64,000 bases of DNA, from positions 542,958-606,957 of the forward strand of contig CAVOYK010000001.1 of assembly GCA_963700665.1 (NCBI GenBank). The letters run 5' to 3'. Under the pieces are notes generated by a model, which saw only the letters and a program-made list of their open reading frames with translations, had not been told where the DNA came from and did not search any database. This stretch comes from an uncultured Actinomycetes bacterium. GTDB taxonomy: Bacteria > Actinomycetota > Coriobacteriia > Anaerosomatales > PHET01. The translations under genes were made by a program, and so were the position numbers. Positions 1 to 11,545 of the stretch are shown here, one piece after another (positions within the stretch are counted from its first letter, which is position 1; every line of letters begins with the position of its first letter).

Positions 1-345
1 GGAGAACACACACTCGTCGCCAGGTCGCAGTACCGCTTGGGCGATCAGGCGAAGCAGCTCGTTGCTGCCGTTGCCCACCACGATGTTTTCGCTCGCTACG
101 CCCAGGTGTTCCCCGAGCGCGCTCTTGAGCGCACGAGCCGAGCCGTCCGGGTAGCGATTGACACGCGAGATCAATGCCTCCATCGCTTCTGCGGCCGCGG
201 GAACGGGGCCGTAGGGGTTCTCGTTGCTCGACAGCTTGTGGATGACCTCGCAGCCACACTGCTCGCGCACGTCAGAAGCGCGCAGTCCCGGCGCGTATGG
301 CACCATCGGCGCAAGTTCGTGCCGGATGAGCGCGTCCCAGTCCAC
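1..345 (-). CDS. PLP-dependent aminotransferase class I/II, HisC or CobD (5' part only, runs off the window)
   Basis: Manual translation from GTG at 345: MDWDALIRHELAPMVPYAPG...KLSSNENPYGP...NRYPDG...VGNGSNELL, typical of HisC/CobD. SD GGAGG upstream. Adjacent cob genes make CobD possible. Confidence 0.85.
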   Translation of the reverse strand, partial: MDWDALIRHELAPMVPYAPGLRASDVREQCGCEVIHKLSSNENPYGPVPAAAEAMEALISRVNRYPDGSARALKSALGEHLGVASENIVVGNGSNELLRLIAQAVLRPGDECVFS

Positions 346-387
346 GTGACCTCCGTCCGTCGGCCTCGGCTCGCGAGGGTGGCGACG

Positions 388-416
388 ATTGTCGCCGAAC
401 GCGTGATGGCGGGCAA
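388..416 (-). promoter_or_regulatory. Putative sigma70-type promoter for the aminotransferase
   Basis: TTGCCC-N17-GACAAT on the minus strand in the intergenic gap. Confidence 0.4.
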
Positions 417-442
417 GCGCCACCAGCTCACGCGCTCCTCGG

Positions 443-1027
443 CTACCCCTGAATGTACTCCTCGAGCATACCGTGGCCATCTAGCACTCTGACGTGGGCA
501 AGCTGGGCGTTGTGGATATGAAACGCCCAGATGTCAGTCGACGCCAGGCCGAGGAGATGCACGAGGGACGCCCTGAACACGCCGCCGTGGGTGACCACGG
601 CGTGCCTGCCTCCGTGGGCAAGCAGACCGTCACAGAACGCAGCAGATCGTGCTTCTATGCTCGCCCTGCTCTCACCGCCGGGCGCCACAGGTTCTCTGCG
701 GCTCCGGTAGTTGAACGACATCCCCGCCTCGGATATCTCCTCGAAGGTGAGCCCCTCGGCCTCGCCGAAGTCCAGTTCCAAGAGTCGCTCGTCGATCTCA
801 AGCGCGACGCCAGACAGCGATGCCGCACGCCGTGCGAGGCGACGCGCGCGCTCTAGGGGACTCGACCAGACACGCTGCGGCTTGAATGCGGCGATCTTTC
901 GCGGGACCCGCGCGAGCTGTCGTCGACCGACGCTCGTGAACGCTGAATCTCCTCGGCCCACGAGGCGTCCCGTCACGTTGGCCTGCGTCTCGGGATGCCG
1001 AACGAGAAGCACTTCGCAGTCTTGCAT
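443..1027 (-). CDS. cobC: Histidine phosphatase, alpha-ribazole phosphatase-like
   Basis: LVRHPET, SSPLERA, LLELDFGEAEG, PGGES and VTHGG motifs. ATG overlaps the cobS stop (TGATG). Confidence 0.8.
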   Translation of the reverse strand: MQDCEVLLVRHPETQANVTGRLVGRGDSAFTSVGRRQLARVPRKIAAFKPQRVWSSPLERARRLARRAASLSGVALEIDERLLELDFGEAEGLTFEEISEAGMSFNYRSRREPVAPGGESRASIEARSAAFCDGLLAHGGRHAVVTHGGVFRASLVHLLGLASTDIWAFHIHNAQLAHVRVLDGHGMLEEYIQG

Positions 1028-1806
1028 CACGCCCCCCACATCAGAGCCGCCAACGCGAACAAACTCGCCTCGCAGATCAGCACGCTGGCTCCCATCACGT
1101 CCCCCGTCACGCCACCGAACGGCCTGGAGAGTAGGTGTGGTACGGCCAAGGCGAGAATCACTGAGAACCCTCCGAGCAGCGCGCCGGAGGTCCCGTAGCC
1201 CAGGTAGAGCAGGGCTACACACGATCCGACCACAACCCCGGCGACCAGCAGATCGACCACCGTGGGCGGTCCCATGACGGAGCGGCCCAAGCCCTTGGGT
1301 CGGGCCGGCTTGCCCAGCCACGCTGCACCGCTCGCACTCAAGCGAGCCAGGGCGGGCACGACGAGCAGAGGCATCTCATGACATCCACCCGTGATCGAAG
1401 CGATGCTCGCAGACTCCAGCAGGGCCACGATAGCGATCGCGGTAGCGCCAAACGCACCGGTATGGCTGTCAGCCATGATCTCGAGACGCCGCTCGACCGT
1501 CGTGCCGCCCCACAGCCCGTCGGCGCAGTCCGCCAGACCGTCCCAGTGGAGCATACGTGTCATCAGTGCCCAGAGAGCCACAACCCCCACGCCTACCACG
1601 AGCGCAGCGTCACCGCCCCACCCCACCCGTTTGAGCACATGGATCGCGCCCCAACCCACACCGCCCACGATGAGGCCCACGAACGGGAACCACGCCGCAA
1701 CGCCCGTTCGCTCGTCTTCGGGCCATCGTGCCGAGGACGGGACGATCGTGAGCAGCGAGACGGCCAGCGAAGCGTCTCTGAACGGTCTGTTCGTGCGGAC
1801 ACTCAC
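1027..1806 (-). CDS. cobS: Adenosylcobinamide-GDP ribazoletransferase
   Basis: LHWDGLADCADG, RRLEIMADSHTGAFG and FGGVTGDVMGA motifs; multiple hydrophobic helices. Confidence 0.95.
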   Translation of the reverse strand: MSVRTNRPFRDASLAVSLLTIVPSSARWPEDERTGVAAWFPFVGLIVGGVGWGAIHVLKRVGWGGDAALVVGVGVVALWALMTRMLHWDGLADCADGLWGGTTVERRLEIMADSHTGAFGATAIAIVALLESASIASITGGCHEMPLLVVPALARLSASGAAWLGKPARPKGLGRSVMGPPTVVDLLVAGVVVGSCVALLYLGYGTSGALLGGFSVILALAVPHLLSRPFGGVTGDVMGASVLICEASLFALAALMWGA

Positions 1807-2891
1807 GAGTCCTCGACTCCGCTCACTCCGGCCTCGTCAAAGGTGGCCATCTCGGCCAGCATGTGGCAGGCGGCGTCGATGATCGCGAACGCGAGCACGG
1901 CGCCCGTACCCTCACCGAGCCGCATGTCGAGGTCGATGACCGGTTCGAGTTCGAGCGCGCGAAGGACGATCGCATGACCGGGCTCCACCGAGAGGTGCGA
2001 GGGCAACACGTAGTCTCTCGCTGCGGGGCACAGCGCGACCGCCGCAAGCGCGGCGGCACCTGAGATGTAGCCGTCGGAGACCACGCACACCCGCTCTTGG
2101 GCAGCGCCTATGACGACGCCGGCGAGCATCGCTATCTCGAGACCGCCGACGGCGGCGAGTATGCCAAGCGCGTCGAGCGAGCGAACGTCGTTGACCTGCA
2201 TCGCTCGACGCACCACTTCGACCTTGCGCGCCAGCGCGGCGTCATCGATGCCGGTGCCGCGCCCCACGACCATCTCGGGAGATGCGTCGCTGAAGGCAGC
2301 GGTCAGCGCGGCGGCGGCCGTCGTGTTGCCGATTCCCATCTCGCCAGTCCCCAACAGCGAGAATCCGCGCTCGGCCAGGCCGCGTGCGGCCTCCACGCCG
2401 ATGAGTACCGCTCGCGAGCACTCCTCGCGCGTCATGGCAGGTCCGAGCGCCATGTTGCGCGTTCCGGACGCGATCTTGCGATGCTCGATATCGACGAGGT
2501 GCTCGATGTCGGCTGCGACCCCGACGTCGTAGACGACCACCTCCGCGCCGACGCTGCGAGCAAGCGCGTTGACCGCGGCACCTCCCGCCGAGAAGTTCGC
2601 GACCATCTGCCACGTAACGTCCTGGGGATAGGCGGAGACACCCTCTGCGACCACACCGTGGTCCGCGGCCGCTATCACCACCGCCTTCTTGGTCACGTGG
2701 GGACGAACCGTCGCCTGCACTCGTGCGACACGAGCCGCTATCTCCTCGAGTCTACCGAGAGAACCAGGGGGCTTCGTAAGGCTGTCAAGACGTCGCCACG
2801 CCGCGGTCTCGTCGTCGTCGATCGTGGGCACGACGGCCGCTACTACCACTGCCAGCTGCTGCTCGTAGGTCATCGTTTCGTCGGTCACCAA
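1803..2891 (-). CDS. cobT: Nicotinate-nucleotide:dimethylbenzimidazole phosphoribosyltransferase
   Basis: LTKPPGSLGRLE, AADHGV, GEMGIGNTT and LDMRLGEGTGA motifs. Confidence 0.97.
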   Translation of the reverse strand: MVTDETMTYEQQLAVVVAAVVPTIDDDETAAWRRLDSLTKPPGSLGRLEEIAARVARVQATVRPHVTKKAVVIAAADHGVVAEGVSAYPQDVTWQMVANFSAGGAAVNALARSVGAEVVVYDVGVAADIEHLVDIEHRKIASGTRNMALGPAMTREECSRAVLIGVEAARGLAERGFSLLGTGEMGIGNTTAAAALTAAFSDASPEMVVGRGTGIDDAALARKVEVVRRAMQVNDVRSLDALGILAAVGGLEIAMLAGVVIGAAQERVCVVSDGYISGAAALAAVALCPAARDYVLPSHLSVEPGHAIVLRALELEPVIDLDMRLGEGTGAVLAFAIIDAACHMLAEMATFDEAGVSGVEDS

Positions 2892-2909
2892 ACTCCCCTT
2901 CGCTCGCGC

Positions 2910-3512
2910 TCAGTCTTCCGGCCAGCGGACGCTCGCCGGTAGGCCGTGAAGGTCGATCAAGCGGCCGGCAACGCACAGGTACGCCGCGTCGGCTCGATCG
3001 ACGAGGACCCGATTCGCCCGGCCCAGCGCGTCTCGGAACAGCCTGCCTGCCCAGTAGGCCGGCACGACGCCGTCGCCGACCTCATTGGTCACTACAATGG
3101 TGTCGCCCTCACGCTCGGTGATCCACTTCAACGCCGCGTGAAGTCTCCGCTCCACCGATTCTTCGAACCCACGGGGCATCTCCTCTTCGTCCCACAGCAC
3201 CGAACCTTCGGCGTCCGCATTGACCTCGTCCATCATGAGCCCCAAGAGCGTGCCCAGACAGTCGACGACCACGATGTCGGTCTCCGGCACATCGCGGACC
3301 CATCCCAACGAGTCGTGAGCCTCCACCGTCGTCCAACCCCTCGGCCGCTGAGCACGGTGTGTCGCGATTCGCTCCGCGAACTCGGCGTCAATGCCGGCTT
3401 GGCCGAACGCGACCACCGTGACGCCAGCGTCGGTCGGGCGAGACTCGACAAGCCTGACCGCTGCCGCGCTCTTTCCGCTGCGCGCACCGCCGGTGAACAC
3501 CACGAGGGCCAT
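2910..3512 (-). CDS. cobU: Bifunctional cobinamide kinase / cobinamide-phosphate guanylyltransferase
   Basis: TGGARSGKS P-loop, RIATHRAQRP..W, VDCL, VTNEVG.G and FRDALGRAN motifs. Confidence 0.95.
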   Translation of the reverse strand: MALVVFTGGARSGKSAAAVRLVESRPTDAGVTVVAFGQAGIDAEFAERIATHRAQRPRGWTTVEAHDSLGWVRDVPETDIVVVDCLGTLLGLMMDEVNADAEGSVLWDEEEMPRGFEESVERRLHAALKWITEREGDTIVVTNEVGDGVVPAYWAGRLFRDALGRANRVLVDRADAAYLCVAGRLIDLHGLPASVRWPED

Positions 3513-4313
3513 CTACTCCCCCATTCCAACAGCCATCCGAAGCGCGCCGATCTCGCTGGAGGAGAGCATGCGCCACGTTCCGGGACTCAACGCCCCCAAC
3601 TCGATGGGGCCAACTGCGGTCCTGTGCAGTTCTTCGACAGGATGGTGGACTGCCGAGAACATGCGACGGACCTGACGCTTTCTGCCCTCCGTGATGACGA
3701 TCTCCACGAGCGCGGTTCCCTCACGACGTTCGAGCACTCGAACGATCGCAGGGGCAGTGATGCCGTCGTCGAGCTCTACTCCGGTGGCCAGCCTCTTTCG
3801 TGCGATCTGTCCGGGATGACCTTGCACCACGGCCACGTAGGTCTTCGGGACCTTCCAGCGCGGGTGCAACAATCGGTGCGACAACTCCCCATCGGTCGTG
3901 AACAGCAGCAGGCCGGTTGTGTCGGCGTCGAGTCTCCCAACGGGGAACAACCCCGGAAACTCATCGCCCGGGACAAGATCGGCTACCGTTGGGCGTTGCT
4001 GAGGGTCACGCATGGTCGTGACGAATCCGGCGGGCTTGTTCAGAGCGAGGTAGACGGGGCCGGCGGACGCGTGGACCTCGCGTCCGTCCACCTCCACGAC
4101 GTCGACGCGCGGATCGACCTTGCTTCCCAGAGAAGTGACGACGGTTCCGTTGACGCTGACACGACCGGCGGTCATGAGGTCCTCACTACCCCGGCGCGAC
4201 GCGACGCCCGCGCGAGCAAGGAACTTCTGAAGGCGCATGACGACCACGCGTTCATCACCCGCCCCCGCGGCATCGGCCGCTTGAGAGCGGTTGCTGTCTG
4301 GCGCAGCGCACAT
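3513..4313 (-). CDS. rluB: rRNA pseudouridine synthase (RluB/RsuA family)
   Basis: S4 domain MRLQKFLARAGVASRR, NKPAG, catalytic GRLD, EGRKRQVRRM. True start may lie further downstream. Confidence 0.9.
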   Translation of the reverse strand: MCAAPDSNRSQAADAAGAGDERVVVMRLQKFLARAGVASRRGSEDLMTAGRVSVNGTVVTSLGSKVDPRVDVVEVDGREVHASAGPVYLALNKPAGFVTTMRDPQQRPTVADLVPGDEFPGLFPVGRLDADTTGLLLFTTDGELSHRLLHPRWKVPKTYVAVVQGHPGQIARKRLATGVELDDGITAPAIVRVLERREGTALVEIVITEGRKRQVRRMFSAVHHPVEELHRTAVGPIELGALSPGTWRMLSSSEIGALRMAVGMGE

Positions 4314-4318
4314 CGTTC

Positions 4319-4945
4319 TCAGTCGACCTCGGCTATCTCGTCCTCGAGGTCCTCATGATCACTTTCGTCCGAGGTCCTATCGGTGGAGGACAGTCGATCG
4401 CGAATGGCGCTCTCCGTCACGCTGTCGGGCGCGAACTCCGCCAACGGTGGAAGGCCGCCGATGTCGTTGAGCCCGAACTTCTCAAGAAACGTCCGAGTGG
4501 TGCCGTAGAGGATGGCGTTGCCCTGATTCTTGTCGCGGCCGACCTCTCGGACCAGACCCTTCTCGACCAGCGACGCGATCACCCCTCGGAGTTGACCCCA
4601 CGCACCGCGTTGACGCCGGCCCGCGTCACAGGCTGGTGGTAGGCAACGACCGCGAGAGCCTCCAGAGCCGCTTGAGAGAGCCGTCTGGTGTCCCACGACA
4701 GCACGTAGCGTCTCGATGACGTCGTGGTGAGCCGGATGGGTGTAGAGCCGCCAGCCTCCGGCGACCTCTCGCAGCTGGAATCCCCTCTCCTGCTCGCGGT
4801 ACTCCTCGGCAAGGTCCGCAAGCGCCGACTCGACTTGCCCGGGCGCAGCGTCCACCACCTTGGCAAGCCTTGCCGCCGAGACAGGCTCGTCGCTCACGAA
4901 CAGCAGCGCTTCCAGTGCTCCCTTGACGGGAGAGCTCTCACTCAT
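4319..4945 (-). CDS. scpB: SMC segregation/condensation protein B (compensating indels near 4710 and 4590)
   Basis: [40 protein letters not shown] (alternate frame), [14 protein letters not shown]. Confidence 0.92.
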   Translation of the reverse strand: MSESSPVKGALEALLFVSDEPVSAARLAKVVDAAPGQVESALADLAEEYREQERGFQLREVAGGWRLYTHPAHHDVIETLRAVVGHQTALSSGSGGSRGRCLPPACDAGRRQRGAWGQLRGVIASLVEKGLVREVGRDKNQGNAILYGTTRTFLEKFGLNDIGGLPPLAEFAPDSVTESAIRDRLSSTDRTSDESDHEDLEDEIAEVD

Positions 4946-5722
4946 CGTGCTCCTCCTCGGCCATCCCGCGAACGGCGGCCTCCTCGGCGCTCAACCGGCT
5001 GATGACTATGTCGCCGAAGATCGCGTCCTGAACGACATCGACCGCTCCACGTTTGTAGAGCTCCAGTACCGCTAGCAGGGTGACGACCACGATCTCGGGT
5101 GTCGGCTCGCCGCCCACGAGCTCTGAGAAGGACACTCGACCCTGCTTGGCGACCTTGCGGCGCACGCTTTCCGCATGAAGCTCGAGGGAGATCGGCATGC
5201 TCGCCACGTGTTCGGCCTCGAGCAAGAAGACCTCTCGGCGATACTCGAGATCCGCACAGATCAGTGCCAGCGCGTGCAAGGTGAGGCCCTCGAGGTAGTC
5301 CGGCATCAGCCCGAGGAACTCCATCTCGAGCCCCGCCTGCCGAGGATGCATCCTGTCTTCGTTCTCCATGCGCTGCGAGAGCTCGTTGGCCGCGTTCTTG
5401 AACTGCTTGTAGCTCAAGCAGGCGTGCGATGAGGATGTCTCGAGCCTCCTCGGGCGAAAGATCGTCGAGCTCATCGCCGACGTAGGCGTCTTGCTTGGGG
5501 CAGAAGCGAGGCGGCCTTGATCTCGAGCAGCGTCGCTGCGAGCAGCAGGAACTCGCTCGCAACGTCAAGGTCGAGGTCGCTCATCTTGTCGATGTGCGCA
5601 AGGTACTGGTCGGCGACTTCGCAGATGGAGATCTCGCTGACGTCGACGCGCTGTCTCGAGACCAGGTGAAGCAGCAGGTCGAACGGACCCTCGAAGACGT
5701 CTGTCTTGACCGTGTATCCCAC
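4938..5722 (-). CDS. scpA: SMC segregation/condensation protein A (frameshifted in assembly)
   Basis: GTG start, YTVKTDVFEGPFDLLLHLV, ASEFLLLAATLLEIKA; C-terminal VVTLLAVLELYK..Q..IFGDI. Confidence 0.92.
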
Positions 5723-5732
5723 GACCGTCGCG

Positions 5733-6806
5733 CTACTCTTCGCCGATAAACGACGGCGCCGAGGCCTGCGTGGCGGTGGCGTCGCGCACGGTGATCCCCT
5801 TCGACAGGTCGGTCCGGGGGTCGAGACCCACGAGTTCGCGACACGTAGCGACGACCCCGGTCGTGACCGGCTTGGCCTTCGCAGCCCCACCAGCCAACAC
5901 CTCAGCGGCGTAGCCGGGACGCGCCGCCAGCTCTTCTCGGCGCTGCTGGAACGGGGACAAGGTAGGCGACGAGGTCGTCTGCCAGCTTTCGCTTGTGCGC
6001 GACGCAGCCACACTCGGCCACGCGGCAGCAACGGTCCCACTCGGCGATCTCACCGGCGTCGGCGATCAGCTTGTGTACCTGGTGCAGCGGACAGATGTCC
6101 GGATCGCCCGGGTCGGTCTTGAGCTTGCGAGCGGGATCGGTCATGAAGCTCATGACCTTGGCACGGATCTCGTCGTGCGGGTCACTGATGAAGATCGAGT
6201 TGCCGTAGCTCTTCGACATCTTGCGGCCGTCCGTGCCGGGGACACGCGCGCCCTCGGTCGCGATGATCGCCTGTGGCTCTCGCAGGAACTCGCCGTACGT
6301 GTTGTTGAACCGACGCACGATCTCCCGAGTCAACTCGAGATGAGGTAGCTGGTCTTCCCCAACCGGCACGGCGTCGGCCAGCACGATCGCGATGTCGGCG
6401 GCCTGCAGTGCGGGTAGAGGAAGAACCCGACGTTGCCCAGGTCCTTGGTCGTGATCTGTGCGCGCTGCTCCTTGTAGCTGGGCGTGCGCTCCAACCATGG
6501 CATGGGCAAGACCATGCTGAAGAAGAGCATGAGCTCGGCGACTTCGGGAACGTCGGACTGGCGGTAGATGGTGCAGATCTCGGGATCGAGTCCGGCGGCG
6601 CACCAGTCGAGGACCATCTCCTCGGTGAACCCGCCGATGCCACTCGGGTCTGCCCAGTCACTCGTGAGCGCGTGAAAGTCGGCGATGAAGTAGTACGCGT
6701 CGTACTCGTGCTGCATGCGAAGCATGTTCTGAAGGTTGCCGAACCAGTGCCCCAAGTGGAGCTTGCCGGTGGGCCGGTATCCGGTGAGGGTGCGCTTCTT
6801 GGTCAT
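5733..6806 (-). CDS. trpS: Tryptophanyl-tRNA synthetase (frameshifted in assembly)
   Basis: TGYRPTGKLHLGH (HIGH-like), YP.LQAADI, VPVGEDQ and KMSKSYGN, spread across three frames. Confidence 0.95.
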
Positions 6807-6915
6807 GCGGGAAATACTCCTCGCCGAGAAGGAACGGGCGGTGCGGTTCATGATAGCGCAGCGGACCTGGAAACCGCGTCGGCACGAAGCGCCCACGCAC
6901 GGGCCGACCTCGCTG

Positions 6916-7567
6916 TCACAAACCGGTGAACAACACGAACAGCGGCTCCACCGTCGCCTGTATGTAGGTCCCAAACGCGCCCGGGACTACCCACGTCAGA
7001 CCGATCAGGAGAATGAAGCCGTACCGCTCGAGCGAGTGATATCCGTCGCGCAGCCGATCAGGCAAGAAGAACTGCACTACCCGAGAACCGTCCAGAGGGG
7101 GGATCGGAATCAAGTTGAAGAAGGCCAGAACCAGGTTCGCGTAGGCGAAGTATTGAAGCACGTACGCGACCGTCCCGTCGACCTGAAACACGCCCAGCCC
7201 AGCTGTGGCCACGATAATCCGGATGAGAACCCCCGCGAGGGCGGCGAGCCCGATGTTGGTGACAGGACCGGCGATGCCGGTCAGTAGCATGCCAAGCCGC
7301 TGGTCCTTGAAGGCGTACGGATTGATCGGGACGGGCTTCGCCCATCCAAAGAAGTAGCGTCCTTGGGACAAGATCAGCATCGACGCCGGCAAGGATGATG
7401 GTGCCCACCGGATCGATGTGCTTGATGGGGTTGAGACTGAGCCGTCCCGCGCGCTTTGCGGTTTCGTCGCCCAAGAGATACGCCACGTAGCCGTGCGCGA
7501 CCTCGTGCAGGATTATGGCGGGAAACAGTATCGCGAACCTGATGACGTACGACAGCAGTGAGGTCAC
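6916..7567 (-). CDS. Site-2 protease family (M50) membrane metalloprotease (one frameshift near 7390)
   Basis: HEVAH, GRLSLNPIKHIDP, FGWAKPVP and NLIPIPPLDG motifs. Confidence 0.92.
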
Positions 7568-7582
7568 TCATTCTCCTTGGCT

Positions 7583-10221
7583 TCAGCGGGCGACTATGCC
7601 GCGCTTGACCGCGAGTCGCCGCAGATTCGCAAGTTCGGCCTCGCGGCCCACCGCTCTTCGATCGAGGCGATCGTCACGGGCAGTCGCGAGTATAGCCGAG
7701 AAGGCCTCGCTCGGCGCCGCGCCCATCGCGATGAGATCACGGCCGTCGACCGCGGGCTTGATGCGTGAGAGCTCGCAGCTGAAGCGCTCGTATGCGATCG
7801 CGCGCCCGCTCGTCTCCTGCAGCCCACAGATTCAGCACCGTCTCCGGCGGCAACGGTTCCAGCAGCCTGAAGAGCCGGCTATCCTTCATCGTTCGCGGAT
7901 TCTGCAGTGCTCGAAGAACAGCGGTGCCTCTCGCCGAGAGTGACAGGACCGCCTGCGAATGCTCACGGCCGATCCTGAAGTGCCGCAGCCACCGCTGCGT
8001 CGCTCCCTCGCGTCCCGATCTGCGCCGATCGCGCACAGGTACGCGCCACGCCGCGACACACGGCGAGGGGCGATCTCCGACGCCGAATCGAGGGCATCGC
8101 CACCCCGCTCAGCCCGAGCGAGCACGGACGAGCGCGCTCGCGCCGGAAGGCAGAAGTGGAGCCAACGCTCCCAGCTCGTCGAGGCGCGAAAGCACCGACA
8201 CCGGGTCGGCCTCGTCGAGGATGTCGTAGAGCTCCTCGCGGACCCGCGCCCCGGAGACCTCGTCGAGCACGCCCATCGCGACCGCGCGACGGGCGAGCTG
8301 CTCGGTGTGGGGCTCCATCGAAAAGCCGTAGCGCTGCTCGAAACGAGCGGCGCGAAGCACGCGCGTGGGATCGTCGACGAACGACAGCGCGTGCATGACC
8401 CGGATCACGCCGGCACGCAGATCGGCCAGGCCACCGTAGGGATCGGCGATAGCTCCGAAACACCCGGGGTCGAGGCAGGCCGACATGGCGTTGATGGTGA
8501 AGTCCCGGCGCAGCAGGTCTTGTCGCAGGGAAGACCGCTCGATCGTCGGGAGCGCGCCGGGACGCGCGTAGTACTCGGCTCGGCTGCTCGCGACGTCCAC
8601 GTGAAACTCGCGCGAGAAGACGATGACGGCCGTACCGAAGCGCCGATGCACCTTCACGCGCGCGCCCAGTCGCTCGGCGGCGCTCCAAGGCGAAGCGACA
8701 CCGTCACCTTCGACCACGATGTCGATGTCGAGGTTCGGCTCTGCCCAAGATCATGTCACGCACGAAGCCGCCCACCACATGCGCGACGCAGCCCTCCCGC
8801 ATCCGCGATCTCCCCCAGGCTGTCGGAGCTGTCTCGCGTACCTCGGCCGGCAGCAGCTCGTGGACTCCCGCCTTGAACGCCTCGGTGGCACGTGGATGAG
8901 CGCGCCTGCTGCCGCGATCGAGGTAGGCGTCCCCGTGCTCGGCGCGCAGCACGTCCTTGCGCGTGACGATGCCGATCATCTCGACCCCCGGCGACGACCG
9001 GCACTCGACCGATGCCCCTCATCGCCAGAAGCTGCTCGAGCTCGCCGAGGTCCATGTCGGGGTCGACTGTGACGACGTCTTTGCCGATGAAGCCTCTGCA
9101 CCGGGGCGTGATCGAGTCTGTGACGAAGCGCCTTGTCGACATCCTTGCGCGTCACGATCCCGACCAGAACGCCTCCGTCAACGACCGGCACACCTCCGTG
9201 CCCCCACTTCGCCATCAGCTCGCCGGCCTCGGCCATCGGCGTGTCCGGAGCGACACGTGCGAACCGGGGTGCTCATGACGTCGACGGCGCGCAAGGGTGG
9301 CCGCACCTCGGCCTCAAGTGCGCGCGCGCACTCGCTCGAGGGCCTCGTCGACACTCAGCGATCACGGAATCCGGCCGACGCCGCCTGCGCGTGACCGCCG
9401 CCGCCGATCTGAGCCATCACCTGCACCGACGTCGACCTCGGCCAGCCGCGATCGCGCGACGATCTGAAGCCGCTCCGGCATCTGCGACGATGCCGACCGC
9501 CACTCGGTATCCCATGTCCTCGACAACGTAGTGCGTCAGCACGCTCGCCGAGTCGACGTATTCGTCGGCCCGCGCGACGCCCACGGCGATCTGCTGCCCG
9601 TTGACGTCCCACACCTCCAGCGACTCCTGCAGCTGCGAGAGCAGCACCTGCTGCGTCGGGCTCGAGCGTTCGAGACAGGAACTGGTTGAGCACCTCGATG
9701 TCGGCGCCGATCGACATGAGCCACGCAGCGGCCTCTGCGTCGAACGCCGTCGCCCCCGGGTAGGTCAGCGATCCCGTGTCCTCATGGATCCCGAGAAGCA
9801 TGAGGCTCGCCTCCAGCACCGTTACCTCGATACCTCGCCGCCGGATCTCGTGCACGAGGATCGAGGTGGTCGCCCCCACCTGAACGCCGCGGTCCTCCGC
9901 TCCGGCGATATCCCCGTCCTGGGGCGGGTGATGGTCGTAGACGACAACCTCGACGCCCGGCCTAGTGACCACGTCGCGAAACTCCCCCACCCGATCGGGA
10001 TCTCTCGTGTCGACCATGACGACCGAGTCGACCGCTGCAAGGTCCAGGCCGCGAAGATCCACGAAGTCGAAGAACCCCTCGTGCAGGTTGTGGAAGGCGC
10101 GAACGTTCGCGTTCTGGCTGCCGAGAAACACGGCACGCGAGCCCTCGAAGAGCTTCGTGGCCGCAACCGTCGAGGCGTAGGCGTCGAAGTCAGGGTTCGC
10201 ATGTCCGACGACGACACGCAC
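7583..10221 (-). CDS. DHH-DHHA1-CBS-class II tRNA nucleotidyltransferase (several indels)
   Basis: N-terminal HANPDFDA/YDHH/GGGGHAQAASA, a CBS pair (GIVTRKDV), then VGGFVRD, DVASSRAEYYARPGALP, DLLRRDFTINAM and SFVDDPTRVLRAARF. Confidence 0.88.
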
Positions 10222-10233
10222 GGCTGCCGGCCC

Positions 10234-11545
10234 CTACAGCTCGTGGAACAGCGGCGGTGGCTCGACAGCTGCGTCGCTGAGCTTCAGTGAGTCCCTGAAC
10301 CGCTCCTCGCCTCGGTCGAGCAGCTCCTCTGTACGGGCGTACATCGTGCACAGCACGTCACCGCGGCGAACGGCGTCCCCCGTGCGAACGGCAAGCTGGA
10401 GTCCCGCTCCGAAGTCGATGGCGTCCTCCTTCGAAGCACGCCCCGCTCCCAGCAGCATGGCCGCCCTGCCTATCCCCTCGGCGTCGCAGCCAATGACGAA
10501 GCCCTCACTCTCGGCGCGCACCTCTCGCACGCACGGGGATAGCGGCAGCAGCTCGGGGTCGTCGGCGATGCGGGCGTCACCTCCTTGCGCTGCGATCCAG
10601 AGCCGAAAGCGCTCGAGGGCGCTCCCGTCGGCTATCGCAGACGCACAGCGCTGACGGGCGCTCGCTCTCGGATTCACACACCTCGCCCATGACGAGCATC
10701 TTGGCCCCAAGCGCTACACACAGCTCGGACAGCGCGATCGGACCATCCCCCCTCAGGGTCTCGATGGCCTCGCGCACCTCGAGCACGTTGCCCACCGCCA
10801 TACCCAGCGGCTGGCTCATGTCGGTCATGACGCACACGATCTCTCTGCCGAGCACCGCGCCGACTCGAACGAGCTCTCGCGCCAAAGCCCGGGCGTCCTG
10901 CTCTGTCTTCATGAACGCACCGGAGCCGACCTTGACGTCGAGCAGAACCGCATCGGCTCCGCCCGCGATCTTCTTGGAGATGATGCTTCCCACGATCAGA
11001 GGGATGCTGGGAACGGTGGCCGTCACGTCGCGCAGCGCGTAGATCTTCTTGTCCGCCGGATCCACGTCGGGCGACTGCGCGATCACGGCGATTCCGACGT
11101 CTCGGACCTGGGCCACGAACTGCTCGGGACTCAGCTCTATCGAGTAGCCCGGAATCGACTCGAGCTTGTCCAGCGTGCCGCCGGTGAAGCCCAGGCCGCG
11201 TCCGCTCATCTTGGCCACCGGTACGCCGCACGCCGCCACGAGCGGGGCAAGGACGAGCGTCGTCGTGTCGGCGACCCCGCCGGTCGAGTGCTTGTCGACC
11301 TTGACGCCAGGGATGGACGACAGATCGACCTGCCTGCCGGAGCGCACCATCGCGTCGGTCATCCAGACCGTCTCGTCCGGACCGAGACCGTTGAGTAGCG
11401 CCGCCATCAGCCAGGCCGCCATCTGGTAGTCGGGGATCTCGCCATCGGTGTAGCCGTGGATGATGCGCTCGAGCTCCTCGGCGGAGTGGGCGTGCCCGTC
11501 CCGCTTGCGCTCGATGAGCTCTTCGATGGTCGTCTCGACGCTCAC
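10234..11545 (-). CDS. pdp: Pyrimidine-nucleoside (thymidine) phosphorylase (frameshift near 10670)
   Basis: [47 protein letters not shown]; C-terminal [13 protein letters not shown]. Confidence 0.95.

Noticed and set aside
6807-6915. T-box leader for trpS
   Set aside because: Only about 110 bp, with no T-box consensus.
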